Counted from the stretch's first letter, positions 8,494-17,843 are shown. The stretch: 32,000 bases of DNA from Synechocystis sp. PCC 6803 substr. PCC-P (GCF_000284455.1 NC_017039.1:270001-302000), one strand, 5' to 3'. Notes: a model not told the origin generated them from the letters alone. Numbers and translations: made by a program.

Positions 8494-9561
8494 ATGGTTG
8501 AGCTTGCGCCTTCCCCTGAAGCCATTACCGCCGCGCTGGAAATTCCCGCTGACATTAACTTTGCACTGCCCGATCCTGCGGACGAAGAGATCCAAGAGCA
8601 CGAGTTTCAGCAACAGTTGGAGGATTTTTGGCAACTGTGTGAGCGCTTTGATCTGCAAACGGAAATCTGGCGGGGTCGCATTCTCCGGGCGGTGCGGGAC
8701 CGAGAAAAAATTGGTGGTGAAGGTCGGGGCACTGGCTTTTTAAATTGGCTCAAGCAACGGGAAATTTCCAAAGCCCAGGCCTATGCCCTCATTCAGCTGG
8801 CCAATAGTGCCGATACTTTAATCACTGAAGGACAATTAGACCCCAATTCCATCAACAATTTCAGCAAACGGGCCTTTGTGGAAACCGCTAAGGCTGATCC
8901 GGAGGTGCAAAAGTTAGTCAGTGATGCGGCCCATAACGGCGATCGCATTACCCGACGGGAAGTGAAGCAGTTGGCCGATGAGTGGACTGCCATGAGCTCG
9001 GAACTCTTGCCCGATGTGCTCAAGGAAAAAGCCACCGATGGCACCGTCTCCCCCCGACACTTAGCCCCCCTGGTGAAGGAACTAGAAAAAGTACCAGAAA
9101 CCCATTTGCAAGCCCTCCAGGAAGAGGCGATCGCCTCCCCCGATGTGGACACGGTTAAATATCTCACCACTTCCGCCCGTAATTTGTCTAAATATTTGGA
9201 TGCGGCGGCCAAGGTGCAAACCCTGAAAGCTTTTCCGCTGGATATGGAACTGGCTTTACAGGAAGCCCTACGGTTGGATTGCCTCAACACTGCGGCGGAT
9301 TTGCTCAAACAGGCCACCCAACTAGAACAATCCGTAGGTAAACTGTTCACCACCTGGAAGCGTTTAGCGACTTTGTCCGATCGCCTCTATGTGGACACCG
9401 GAGCTAGTACCCCCAACCTGCGTTCCCTGTTGACGGCTATTGAAAGTCTCACCCAGGAAGTGATTGAAGTGCCCCTGGATGAGGATGGCAACAACACAGT
9501 GCGTTTAAAAATTACTTGTTCAGACGGTCTAGCAACCACAGGGACGACAACAAACCAGTGA
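8494..9561 (+). CDS. hypothetical protein (355 aa), largely helical; possible HTH-like segment
   Basis: The track ORF starts at TTG 8422; the first ATG is 8494 (MVELAPSPEA...). The segment EIWRGRILRAVRDREKIGGEGRGTGFLNWLKQREISKAQAYALIQLANSA resembles DNA-binding segments of plasmid or phage ParB/KorB-like proteins. That is only a visual impression. I recognise no catalytic motif. Confidence 0.55.
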   Translation: MVELAPSPEAITAALEIPADINFALPDPADEEIQEHEFQQQLEDFWQLCERFDLQTEIWRGRILRAVRDREKIGGEGRGTGFLNWLKQREISKAQAYALIQLANSADTLITEGQLDPNSINNFSKRAFVETAKADPEVQKLVSDAAHNGDRITRREVKQLADEWTAMSSELLPDVLKEKATDGTVSPRHLAPLVKELEKVPETHLQALQEEAIASPDVDTVKYLTTSARNLSKYLDAAAKVQTLKAFPLDMELALQEALRLDCLNTAADLLKQATQLEQSVGKLFTTWKRLATLSDRLYVDTGASTPNLRSLLTAIESLTQEVIEVPLDEDGNNTVRLKITCSDGLATTGTTTNQ

Positions 9562-10087
9562 AGTGGGCAATGATGGTGTTGATGTTGGCCTGAATAGCGA
9601 GGAGATCCGTAGACTGAACAAAGCGGTTGGGGTCAGCGGCGGAGGCAAAGGTTCCCGGTGGTACACTGAGGGCTTTCCCCAACACAATGCCACTCATGGC
9701 CGCTCCCCCAATGATGGCGGTACCCATGCCCACTAAGTTGATGATTAAGCCAATACGAATCAGTTTGAGAATATCGGCCCGGCGGGGATGCTTAGTGGCC
9801 TCCGAGTCCTTGAGGTTACGCCCTAAGCGACGGTAGCGAGTGGAAAAGAAAATGCCAAACCCCAACAGGACAATGGAAATAAAGGCTGAAAGGATGCCCG
9901 CTTCAATACCTGTAGTGCGGTTGGGGCCACTTAGACTAAAACCAGCAAACAAAAACGTGACTACGGAAAAGGCTCCCAAAACAATCTGCACCCAAAAGCC
10001 GATATTGCCCCAGGTGGTCAAGTCTACGGAGGCCCGCAAGGCGGCCTGGGGAATGGGATTGGCCAATTCGGTGTTGCGTCGGTTCAT
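9512..10087 (-). CDS. four-helix membrane protein, DUF3611 / chloroplast Tic21-PIC1 homologue family
   Basis: 191-aa ORF with ATG at 10087-10085. It has four hydrophobic helices, for example NIGFWVQIVLGAFSVVTFLFAGF and ILSAFISIVLLGFGIFF. The sequence resembles the cyanobacterial homologue of plant PIC1/Tic21 as I remember it. The family assignment needs an HMM check. Confidence 0.55.
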   Translation of the reverse strand: MNRRNTELANPIPQAALRASVDLTTWGNIGFWVQIVLGAFSVVTFLFAGFSLSGPNRTTGIEAGILSAFISIVLLGFGIFFSTRYRRLGRNLKDSEATKHPRRADILKLIRIGLIINLVGMGTAIIGGAAMSGIVLGKALSVPPGTFASAADPNRFVQSTDLLAIQANINTIIAHFTGLLSSLWLLDRLNK

Positions 10088-10126
10088 GGTGGGGGCATAG
10101 GCGTTGACTTGTAAGTATTTTAGCCG

Positions 10127-10951
10127 TTATCCGGCGTGATCGTAGTCCAGACTGACGGTGCCGGGGAGGATTATTTCCCGTCGTTGACCAATCAGCACCA
10201 CCAATTCTCCCTGGGCGGTGACGGATTCAATTATGCCAACTCCCTGGGTTAGGCTAATTTCCCGGCCCCGATGGGCAAATAATTGGAGATAATCTACCAA
10301 AATGCCTGCAATGCCTTCTCTTTGGTAACGATGCCAACCAAGGGTGAGCCCCGCCAGGGTAATTTCAGCTAAATCCGTCAGACTGTTGATACTCTGGATT
10401 GATTCCGCTTCACAAAAGGGCCCTAGGGCAATGCCAGTGGCTGGTACTGGGTTAGTCCAGTTAATGCCCACCCCAATGATGGCGGCGGTGATTCTGTTCC
10501 CATTGATTTTGCTTTCGGTTTTAATGCCAGCTAATTTTTTCCCCTTCAATAACAGGTCATTGGGCCATTTAACTTGCACTGGAATACCGTGCTGAATCAG
10601 CGCGTGGGCAATGCCCCAGGCACTCCATAGAACTAGATGGGGACCATAACTGATTGGTAAATCAGTGGCTAACCACAGAGATAGGTACAATCCCCCCGGA
10701 GGAGACTGCCAAGTCCGACCCCATTGCCCCCGGCCAGCGGTTTGTTCCCTGGCGATCGCCACTAGGGGCGGGTGATAACCCTGATGTCGTAAATCCCAGA
10801 GTATTTGGTTGGTGGAGTCGGTACAGGCAGGGGCAATGACCTTTAACCCAGAGAGGATATCCGGGCGGGCCAGGGATATAGGTTGGCCATGGTCTTCCTG
10901 CCAAGCTTGATCGAGCCAATCCCCGTTCCCAGGGTCACTGATTTCCGCCAT
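10127..10951 (-). CDS. birA: biotin--[acetyl-CoA-carboxylase] ligase
   Basis: 274-aa ORF with ATG at 10951-10949. It carries the BPL signature GRGQWGRTWQSPPGGLYLS (GRGR.GR.W.SP.G.L..S) and KWPNDL. There is no N-terminal HTH, so it is a group I ligase. Confidence 0.85.
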   Translation of the reverse strand: MAEISDPGNGDWLDQAWQEDHGQPISLARPDILSGLKVIAPACTDSTNQILWDLRHQGYHPPLVAIAREQTAGRGQWGRTWQSPPGGLYLSLWLATDLPISYGPHLVLWSAWGIAHALIQHGIPVQVKWPNDLLLKGKKLAGIKTESKINGNRITAAIIGVGINWTNPVPATGIALGPFCEAESIQSINSLTDLAEITLAGLTLGWHRYQREGIAGILVDYLQLFAHRGREISLTQGVGIIESVTAQGELVVLIGQRREIILPGTVSLDYDHAG

Positions 10952-10969
10952 GGGAATTTTGCCCTGACC

Positions 10970-11380
10970 CTAGGGCACCACCAGCACTGGGCAGGGGGAA
11001 AGATTAATTACCCTAGCAGTGACACTTTCCGCCACTCCTTCGGTGGTGAGACCCAAACCCCGACAGCCCATCACGATTAGGTCAGCATTCACCTCATCGG
11101 CCACGTCACAGATGGTGAAAGAAGCCATGCCTTCCCGTTCAATGGTTTTGGTGGCAATGCCCTGTTGGGAAAAAACCGCCTGGGCCGCCTCCAGTAATTT
11201 AGCCACCGCTTCCGGGGAATCCATGCCATGGGCTTCGTGGTCTTGGCCGGGGGGATTTTTTTCCACCACTGACAGCAGAATTAACTGGCTTTGGTGGATT
11301 TTGACTAAATCCGCCACCATCTGGGCCGCATCCCTTGCTTCTCGGCTCCGGTCTAGGGGAAATAAAATGGTTTTGAACAT
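10970..11380 (-). CDS. universal stress protein (UspA family)
   Basis: The track ORF starts at TTG 11446. I prefer ATG 11380, preceded by GGAGG 8 nt upstream, giving MFKTILFPLDRS... (136 aa). It has the Usp fold signature and a C-terminal ATP-binding motif (GCRGLG...GSVT-like: MGCRGLGLTTEGVAESVTARVINLSPCPVLVV). Confidence 0.8.
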   Translation of the reverse strand: MFKTILFPLDRSREARDAAQMVADLVKIHQSQLILLSVVEKNPPGQDHEAHGMDSPEAVAKLLEAAQAVFSQQGIATKTIEREGMASFTICDVADEVNADLIVMGCRGLGLTTEGVAESVTARVINLSPCPVLVVP

Positions 11381-11506
11381 AATGACACCTCCGCTACTCT
11401 TACCAATAGCGCGATTAGGCGATCGCCAGCAATTGATCGACATCAAATTTTACAGGCATTGTTTGATCGGTTCACCAACTTTTGGCAAATCAAACTAATT
11501 CTGTAC

Positions 11507-12223
11507 CTATTTTTCCGCCACTAAAACCCCCATTAAACCAGCGGCGATGGGATAGTGGACAGCTTTGGCAAACCCGACTTCTAGGGCAAATTGTACTTGT
11601 TTAGGGCCAGTGGGAAAGCGGTCCAAACTGGGTTGCAGATAGGCGTACTCTTCAGTTAACCGCCATTGTTTGGCCATGGGCACCACCACATTAGCCAGGT
11701 ACCAACGCTGAAAGTTGGCCGCCAGAGCATTACCTGGCTGGTGAAAATCCAGGATGGCCACTTTCTTACCCGGTTTGAGCACCCGTTGCAACTCCGTCAG
11801 CGCTTGGGGAATATTGCCCACATTCCGGAGGCCGTAACCCATAGTAGCTCCGTCAAATTCATTGTCAGAGAAGGGTAATGCCAGGGCATCTCCTTGCAGC
11901 CATTGCATGGGCAAATGGGCATATTTACTTTTATGTTTCCCAGCGGCGATCGCCAATAATTCTGCACAAAAATCTAGTCCAACAACTTTTCCCCTAGTGC
12001 CCACCACTTTTGCCCCCTGGAAAGCCAAATCCCCACTGCCACAACACACGTCCAACAGGCGATCGCCAGGTGATACGCCGCTCCACTTCACCGCCATGGC
12101 CTTCCAAATATGGTGCTGGCCAAAACTCAAAAATGTGTTGAGGTCATCATACTGGGGCGCAATGCGGGCAAAAATTTGCTGTACGCTCTCCTGAGTCGGT
12201 TGGGTTAATAGGGAATTACTCAT
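11507..12223 (-). CDS. menG: demethylphylloquinone/demethylmenaquinone methyltransferase (UbiE/MenG family)
   Basis: 238-aa ORF with ATG at 12223-12221. The N-terminus (VQQIFARIAPQYDDLN..LSFGQHHIWK) matches the UbiE/MenG family. It carries the class I SAM-binding motif LDVCCGSGD. Confidence 0.8.
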   Translation of the reverse strand: MSNSLLTQPTQESVQQIFARIAPQYDDLNTFLSFGQHHIWKAMAVKWSGVSPGDRLLDVCCGSGDLAFQGAKVVGTRGKVVGLDFCAELLAIAAGKHKSKYAHLPMQWLQGDALALPFSDNEFDGATMGYGLRNVGNIPQALTELQRVLKPGKKVAILDFHQPGNALAANFQRWYLANVVVPMAKQWRLTEEYAYLQPSLDRFPTGPKQVQFALEVGFAKAVHYPIAAGLMGVLVAEK

Positions 12224-12289
12224 CCAATTTCCAGATTGGTCAAGTTTCTTTTTAACTCGCCATGGTACTGATGTAAAGTTGGGGCTAAT

Positions 12290-12541
12290 TTAAGGGCGAA
12301 GTACCGATTGTTCCAAAACCTCCCTGATGTACTTTTGGTAATTCATTCCTTGAGCGCTAGCGGTATTTTTAACCGCAGTCAAAAGCTCCGATGACAAGCG
12401 CAGGGTAATACTTTTGTCCTTAGGGGCAAACTCAAAAGTTGTCTTGGTAAAGTTCTCTGGGACTAAATAGTCTGTCAAATCCTGCTCCAAAAGATCTTCT
12501 GCTTCTTGATCACTGTTCATTTTTGGTAAAGGCTTGTTCAT
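12290..12541 (-). CDS. brnA: BrnA-type antitoxin (CopG/RHH-like)
   Basis: I use the internal ATG at 12541-12539 (MNKPLPKMNSDQEAEDLLEQDLTDYL...KDKSITLRLSSELLTAVKNTASAQGMNYQKYIREVLEQSV, 83 aa). The ...ItlRl...l...K..A...G..YQ..i...L pattern is characteristic of BrnA. The start overlaps the brnT 3' end by 32 nt. The upstream 66 codons of the track ORF overlap brnT in another frame and look non-coding. Confidence 0.75.
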   Translation of the reverse strand: MNKPLPKMNSDQEAEDLLEQDLTDYLVPENFTKTTFEFAPKDKSITLRLSSELLTAVKNTASAQGMNYQKYIREVLEQSVLRP

Positions 12542-12821
12542 ATTTTTGTACTTCTCCTTGATGCATATAACGGGCACTGATAGGGCGCAATAGAGTGTTT
12601 TCATCCTGAATACGTAAGGTAAAGACGACAAACATGGGCCTGCCAGAATCAGAATAACCAACAGCGAGAAACCTTTCTTCTTGGAGAGAGTGTTTAACAT
12701 CTGGCGCAATCCAAACTTGATTTTTGAAAAACGCTTCAATGTCAGCTTTGGTCAATCCGTGTTTCTGGCATTTTTGTTCGTTGCCTTCATCCCACTCAAA
12801 CCCATCAATTTTTGGATTCAT
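12510..12821 (-). CDS. brnT: BrnT-type toxin (DUF497 ribonuclease toxin)
   Basis: 103-aa ORF with ATG at 12821-12819. FEWDEGNEQKCQKHGLTKADIEAFF...EERFLAVGYSDSGRPMFVVFTLR...LRPISARYMHQGEVQKY matches the DUF497/BrnT signature (F.WD..K...N..KHG....E....F......ER....G.......L.VV.T.R.....IISAR). Toxin lies upstream of antitoxin, as in brnTA. Confidence 0.8.
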   Translation of the reverse strand: MNPKIDGFEWDEGNEQKCQKHGLTKADIEAFFKNQVWIAPDVKHSLQEERFLAVGYSDSGRPMFVVFTLRIQDENTLLRPISARYMHQGEVQKYEQAFTKNEQ

Positions 12822-12983
12822 GCCCCCAGTTTAACAAATGTATGTACAATTGGCAATACTTTATTGATTTTCTCTCCACTCATGCAAGCATGAAGATAAC
12901 CAAATAGAAGAACCTAGGGTCTGTTATAGAAATTCTCCTTACTAGTGGAGTGATTTTCAGTTCCGCAATGGGATAAAAATTTC

Positions 12984-13025
12984 GTAACAGCCAATGCAAT
13001 CAGAGCCTCCAGAAAGGATTATGAT
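12984..13025 (+). promoter_or_regulatory. candidate NtcA-type activated promoter for icd
   Basis: GTAACAGCCAATGC (12984-12997) is GTA-N8-TGC, an imperfect form of GTA-N8-TAC. It is followed by exactly 22 nt and then TATGAT (13020-13025). The icd ATG lies 35 nt further on. Geometry matches class II NtcA promoters; the right half-site is imperfect. Confidence 0.35.
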
Positions 13026-13059
13026 CTGCTCCGTGCCGTTTTTTCAATGACAATTTGCT

Positions 13060-14487
13060 ATGTACGAAAAACTTCAGCCCCCCAGCGTTGGGTCAAAAAT
13101 CACCTTTGTTGCAGGTAAGCCCGTAGTACCCAACGATCCGATTATTCCCTACATCCGGGGGGACGGCACCGGGGTTGATATTTGGCCCGCTACGGAATTA
13201 GTCATCAATGCAGCGATCGCCAAGGCCTATGGCGGCGAGAGGAAAATCAACTGGTTCAAAGTCTATGCCGGGGACGAAGCCTGTGAATTGTACGGCACTT
13301 ATCAGTATTTACCGGAAGACACTTTAACAGCGATTAAGGAGTATGGGGTAGCCATCAAAGGGCCTCTCACAACCCCGGTGGGCGGTGGTATCCGTTCCCT
13401 AAACGTGGCCCTGAGACAAATTTTTGACCTCTACACCTGTGTGCGGCCCTGTCGTTACTATCCCGGTACTCCGTCTCCCCACAAAACCCCGGAAAAATTA
13501 GACATTATCGTTTATCGGGAAAATACGGAAGATATTTACCTAGGCATTGAATGGGCGGAAGGTACGGAAGGGGCGAAAAAGTTAATCGCTTACCTTAACG
13601 ATGAACTGATTCCCACAACTCCAGCTTTGGGCAAAAAACAAATTCGCCTCGACTCTGGCATTGGTATTAAACCGATTAGTAAGACTGGTTCCCAACGGTT
13701 GGTGCGGCGGGCTATTCTCCATGCATTGCGCTTGCCGAAAGCAAAACAGATGGTGACGTTGGTCCATAAGGGCAACATTATGAAGTTCACCGAAGGGGCG
13801 TTTCGGGATTGGGGTTACGAGTTGGCTACGACGGAATTTCGGGCGGAATGCGTTACGGAACGGGAATCTTGGATTTTGGGCAATAAGGAAAGTAATCCGG
13901 ACTTAACCATTGAGGCCAACGCCCACATGATTGACCCCGGTTATGACACTTTGACCGAAGAAAAACAAGCGGTCATTAAACAAGAAGTGGAGCAGGTTTT
14001 AAATTCCATTTGGGAATCCCATGGTAATGGCCAGTGGAAAGAAAAAGTCATGGTCAATGACCGCATTGCCGATAGTATTTTCCAACAGATCCAAACCCGC
14101 CCCGATGAGTATTCCATTCTGGCGACCATGAATTTGAACGGGGATTACCTTTCCGATGCCGCCGCCGCTGTGGTGGGAGGTTTGGGCATGGGCCCCGGAG
14201 CTAACATTGGGGATAGTGCAGCCATTTTTGAAGCCACCCACGGCACTGCCCCCAAACATGCTGGTTTAGACCGGATCAACCCCGGCTCTGTGATCCTTTC
14301 CGGCGTAATGATGCTGGAATTTATGGGCTGGCAGGAGGCCGCTGATCTGATTAAAAAAGGTATCGGAGCGGCGATCGCCAATCGGGAAGTTACCTACGAT
14401 TTAGCCCGGTTAATGGAACCGAAGGTGGATAAACCCCTAAAATGCTCCGAGTTTGCCCAGGCGATCGTCAGTCATTTCGATGATTAA
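13060..14487 (+). CDS. icd: NADP-dependent isocitrate dehydrogenase
   Basis: 475-aa ORF with ATG at 13060. Conserved IDH blocks include [48 protein letters not shown] and [10 protein letters not shown]. Confidence 0.95.
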   Translation: MYEKLQPPSVGSKITFVAGKPVVPNDPIIPYIRGDGTGVDIWPATELVINAAIAKAYGGERKINWFKVYAGDEACELYGTYQYLPEDTLTAIKEYGVAIKGPLTTPVGGGIRSLNVALRQIFDLYTCVRPCRYYPGTPSPHKTPEKLDIIVYRENTEDIYLGIEWAEGTEGAKKLIAYLNDELIPTTPALGKKQIRLDSGIGIKPISKTGSQRLVRRAILHALRLPKAKQMVTLVHKGNIMKFTEGAFRDWGYELATTEFRAECVTERESWILGNKESNPDLTIEANAHMIDPGYDTLTEEKQAVIKQEVEQVLNSIWESHGNGQWKEKVMVNDRIADSIFQQIQTRPDEYSILATMNLNGDYLSDAAAAVVGGLGMGPGANIGDSAAIFEATHGTAPKHAGLDRINPGSVILSGVMMLEFMGWQEAADLIKKGIGAAIANREVTYDLARLMEPKVDKPLKCSEFAQAIVSHFDD

Positions 14488-14507
14488 TTTTCAATCAATA
14501 ACCCACC

Positions 14508-15080
14508 ATGATTGCTCACTCCCCATCTGCCCCATTTCCCAAACTTAGCCCAGAGGAATATTTGCAATGGGAAGAACGGCAGAGGGAGAAGCACGAATAT
14601 TTTGATGGGCAGATCTATGCCATGGGGGGCGGCAGTAAAAACCACAGTGTCATTAGTGTCCGCCTATCGACTTTATTTTGTAATCATCTTGATGGCGGTG
14701 ATTGCGAAATAGGTAATTCAGATTTAAAAATTCAGATTGTCAACACCCAAAACTACACCTGTCCCGATGTCAGCGTCACCTGTGATCCAAGGGATCGGAA
14801 GTCAACACAATTTATTACCTATCCCTGCCTGGTTGTGGAGGTTTTATCCCCCAGTACCGAAGCCTATGACCGGGGTGGCAAATTTCGGCTCTATGCCCAT
14901 AATCCCATGTTGCAGGACTATCTTTTGGTCAGCTCCACCAGTGTGGAAATTGATCTCTATCACAAAAATGATGACGGTGATTGGTTAATCCTCAATTATC
15001 AGGCCAGTGATCGCCTGGAACTGAAAAGCATTGGTTTGAGCTTTGCCGTAGATGTCATTTACCGCGGTTTAGCCTTTTAA
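14508..15080 (+). CDS. Uma2-family (DUF820) PD-(D/E)XK-like putative endonuclease
   Basis: 190-aa ORF, 20 nt after the icd stop. EEYLQWEERQREKHEYFDGQIYAMGGGSKNHSVIS...CPDVSV...PCLVVEVLSPSTEAYDRGGKFRLY...LQDYLLV matches the Uma2 pattern (EY..G.I..M.G....H......PD..V......P.LV.EV.SPST...D...K...Y). Confidence 0.8.
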   Translation: MIAHSPSAPFPKLSPEEYLQWEERQREKHEYFDGQIYAMGGGSKNHSVISVRLSTLFCNHLDGGDCEIGNSDLKIQIVNTQNYTCPDVSVTCDPRDRKSTQFITYPCLVVEVLSPSTEAYDRGGKFRLYAHNPMLQDYLLVSSTSVEIDLYHKNDDGDWLILNYQASDRLELKSIGLSFAVDVIYRGLAF

Positions 15081-15143
15081 AATCCTAAAGGCGATCGCCA
15101 TAGATCCACCAAAGGACGTGCTAACCGATAACCGTATCAAATT

Positions 15144-15938
15144 TTAGTTGTTTTGGTTAGCAACAAACCGATTAACCAGTTCAACATCAATATCTAACTC
15201 CTTGGCAATTTCGGCGATTGTCAACCCCAATTTTTTCAACAAAGGTATAGTTTCTAGTTTTGCCTCCAGCCTTCCTTCTAATTTGCCTTTAAGTAAGCCT
15301 CTTTGTTCCCCTTCCTGTAGAATTTCCTGATAAACAGCGGATTCCTTCATAATTTCACTCCTTAGAATTGTCTTGATCAGCTCAGGGGTCAGCAGAATTC
15401 CTCCAAAAACAGAGGTTGCCGCCATGAGATTTGCCTTAACTCGATTATCTTCAATCTGTTCCAATGCAGTCGCCACTTCCCTCAATTTTAATGTAGGGTC
15501 AGAGGTCTGCGTCAATACCGCTAGGGGCAATAGCCCTGGGCTTTGGAGGAATATCTCCGAGGGGTGCTCCCAGAGCCGGATCGCTTGGTAACGGTGCACA
15601 GTCTCTCCCAACTGAAAACTATCCTGATAAACCAAGTCATTGTTACTACGTTTCAGGTAGATGACAAATTGGTGCATCGTCTTCTGGGGGAAACGGCGAT
15701 AAACCCTTACCCGATAGTCCAACATCCGAAAGCCCATGGTGGGGTCAGGCTCCGTTTGGAATTCCAGATGCAACACCAAGTCTTCCGATTGCTCCAAAAT
15801 CAGAGAGTCAGCCCGAATTGGCTCCAAAGATAGTTCCGTCGGACTCAGCTTAGTCAATTTAATGGGTCGTCCCAGTAACCAGGCGGCATAGTCTTCGGAA
15901 AAGGATTCAGCGAGGAATTTGCAGAGATTGTCAAACAT
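15144..15938 (-). CDS. Rpn-family recombination-promoting nuclease / putative transposase-like protein with C-terminal DUF4351
   Basis: 264-aa ORF with ATG at 15938-15936. The N-terminus (MFDNLCKFLAESFSEDYAAWLLGRPIKLTKLSPTELSLEPIRADSLILEQSEDLVLHLEFQTEPD) is the stereotyped start of a large cyanobacterial paralogue family. I found no flanking inverted repeats. Confidence 0.75.
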   Translation of the reverse strand: MFDNLCKFLAESFSEDYAAWLLGRPIKLTKLSPTELSLEPIRADSLILEQSEDLVLHLEFQTEPDPTMGFRMLDYRVRVYRRFPQKTMHQFVIYLKRSNNDLVYQDSFQLGETVHRYQAIRLWEHPSEIFLQSPGLLPLAVLTQTSDPTLKLREVATALEQIEDNRVKANLMAATSVFGGILLTPELIKTILRSEIMKESAVYQEILQEGEQRGLLKGKLEGRLEAKLETIPLLKKLGLTIAEIAKELDIDVELVNRFVANQNN

Positions 15939-16163
15939 AGCCGAATTCTACTGGTAATCTCCTAGAGATCCGCCAGGCGATCGCCAGAAAATTGGCAAAA
16001 ATTTAACAAGGTTAGGCGAGGAAAAACCTAGGTCAAAGAACTTATTCACATGGATAGAGCCCATTCTCTGACTTCTATAGGGAAAATCTCAAAAAAAATT
16101 CTCAAAAGTTTACAAAGTTTAATATAATCGGAGGAAGATCACTAGGTATTTATTCTTATTACC

Positions 16164-17843
16164 ATGTTGGAACACTTCCCCTGGCTGACAACGATGATTG
16201 CCCTGCCGTTAGTCGCCGCCCTCTTCATTCCGTTAATTCCCGACAAAGACGGGAAACAAGTCCGCTGGTATGCCCTTGGTGTGGGTCTAGCGGATTTTGT
16301 TTTGATGAGCTACGTTTTTTGGACTAACTACGACATCAGCAGTACCGGTTTTCAGCTCCAGGAAAAATTTAGCTGGATTCCCCAATTTGGGCTCAGTTGG
16401 AGTGTTTCCGTGGATGGCATCTCCATGCCCCTAGTGTTACTAGCCGGACTGGTTACCACCCTTTCCATCTTTGCCGCCTGGCAGGTGGACCATAAGCCCC
16501 GCCTCTTCTACTTCCTAATGTTGGTGCTTTATGCGGCCCAGATTGGCGTGTTCGTGGCCCAGGACATGCTCCTACTGTTCATCATGTGGGAACTGGAATT
16601 GGTACCGGTTTACCTCCTAGTTTGTATCTGGGGTGGCCAAAAACGGCAGTATGCCGCCATGAAGTTTTTGCTCTACACCGCCGCCGCCTCCGTATTCATT
16701 TTGGTTGCCGCCCTGGGCTTAGCTTTCTACGGTGATGTAACTACCTTTGACATTGCGGAATTGGGTCTGAAAGATTACCCGATCGCCTTAGAACTGTTTT
16801 TATACGCCGGTTTACTTATTGCCTTTGGCGTTAAATTAGCCATTTTCCCTTTCCATACCTGGTTACCCGATGCCCACGGTGAGGCCTCTGCCCCTGTATC
16901 CATGATTTTGGCTGGGGTGCTGCTGAAAATGGGCGGTTACGGCCTAATTCGCTTGAACCTTGGTCTGTTGGAAGATGCCCACGTTTACTTTGCCCCTATT
17001 TTGGTCATCCTTGGGGTAGTTAACATTATCTACGGTGGTTTCTCCTCCTTTGCCCAGGACAACATGAAGCGCCGCTTGGCCTACTCCTCCGTTTCCCACA
17101 TGGGCTTTGTGCTCCTCGGTATTGCTTCCTTCACCGATTTGGGCATCAGTGGAGCCATGTTGCAAATGCTTTCCCACGGTTTAATCGCCGCTGTGCTCTT
17201 CTTCCTGGCTGGGGTTACCTACGACCGTACCCACACCCTTTCCTTGGCCCAGATGGGTAACATTGGCAAAGTAATGCCCACGGTTTTTGCCCTCTTCACC
17301 ATGGGTGCTATGGCTTCTTTAGCCTTACCTGGCATGAGCGGTTTTGTGAGTGAATTGGCAGTATTTGTCGGCGTAAGTTCCAGCGACATTTACAGCACTC
17401 CTTTTAAAACGGTGACCGTGTTCCTGGCAGCTGTGGGCTTAGTACTCACCCCGATTTACCTGTTGTCCATGTTGCGCCAACTTTTCTACGGCAACAACAT
17501 TCCCCCTTCTTGCAATCTGGAGCAGGACAATCTGTCTGCTAATTCTGACCAAGAAGCGGTTTGTTTTGGCACCAGTTGTGTGCTCCCCGGCAATGCCATC
17601 TATGATGATGCCCGGCCCCGGGAAGTATTCATTGCCGCTTGCTTCCTGTTACCCATCATCGCTGTGGGACTCTATCCCAAGTTGGCCACCCAAACCTACG
17701 ATGCCACCACGGTAGCGGTGAACAGCCAAGTGCGCCAATCCTACGTGCAAATTGCGGAAACCAATCCCCGGGTCTATGCCGAAGCATTAACTGCTCCCCA
17801 CATTCCCACCACGGACTTTGCCACCGTCAAAGTTCAACCCTAG
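16164..17843 (+). CDS. ndhD2: NAD(P)H-quinone oxidoreductase (NDH-1) subunit 4, NdhD
   Basis: 559-aa polytopic ORF with ATG at 16164. It carries NuoM/NdhD blocks ([47 protein letters not shown]). The D2 paralogue assignment rests on the 559-aa length and on its position next to icd as I recall it for Synechocystis. That part is less certain than the family call. Confidence 0.9.
   Translation: MLEHFPWLTTMIALPLVAALFIPLIPDKDGKQVRWYALGVGLADFVLMSYVFWTNYDISSTGFQLQEKFSWIPQFGLSWSVSVDGISMPLVLLAGLVTTLSIFAAWQVDHKPRLFYFLMLVLYAAQIGVFVAQDMLLLFIMWELELVPVYLLVCIWGGQKRQYAAMKFLLYTAAASVFILVAALGLAFYGDVTTFDIAELGLKDYPIALELFLYAGLLIAFGVKLAIFPFHTWLPDAHGEASAPVSMILAGVLLKMGGYGLIRLNLGLLEDAHVYFAPILVILGVVNIIYGGFSSFAQDNMKRRLAYSSVSHMGFVLLGIASFTDLGISGAMLQMLSHGLIAAVLFFLAGVTYDRTHTLSLAQMGNIGKVMPTVFALFTMGAMASLALPGMSGFVSELAVFVGVSSSDIYSTPFKTVTVFLAAVGLVLTPIYLLSMLRQLFYGNNIPPSCNLEQDNLSANSDQEAVCFGTSCVLPGNAIYDDARPREVFIAACFLLPIIAVGLYPKLATQTYDATTVAVNSQVRQSYVQIAETNPRVYAEALTAPHIPTTDFATVKVQP

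Noticed and set aside
12542-12739. An N-terminal 66-codon extension of the brnA ORF, as given in the track (149 aa).
   Set aside because: The extension overlaps the brnT coding region in a different frame and encodes a hydrophobic, Cys-rich string unlike any BrnA. The internal ATG at 12541 gives a normal 83-aa antitoxin.
15144-15938. The Rpn-like 'putative transposase' treated as a mobile element.
   Set aside because: I could find no terminal inverted repeats or target-site duplication flanking the gene. The family name reflects distant homology only. I therefore called it a CDS, not a mobile element.
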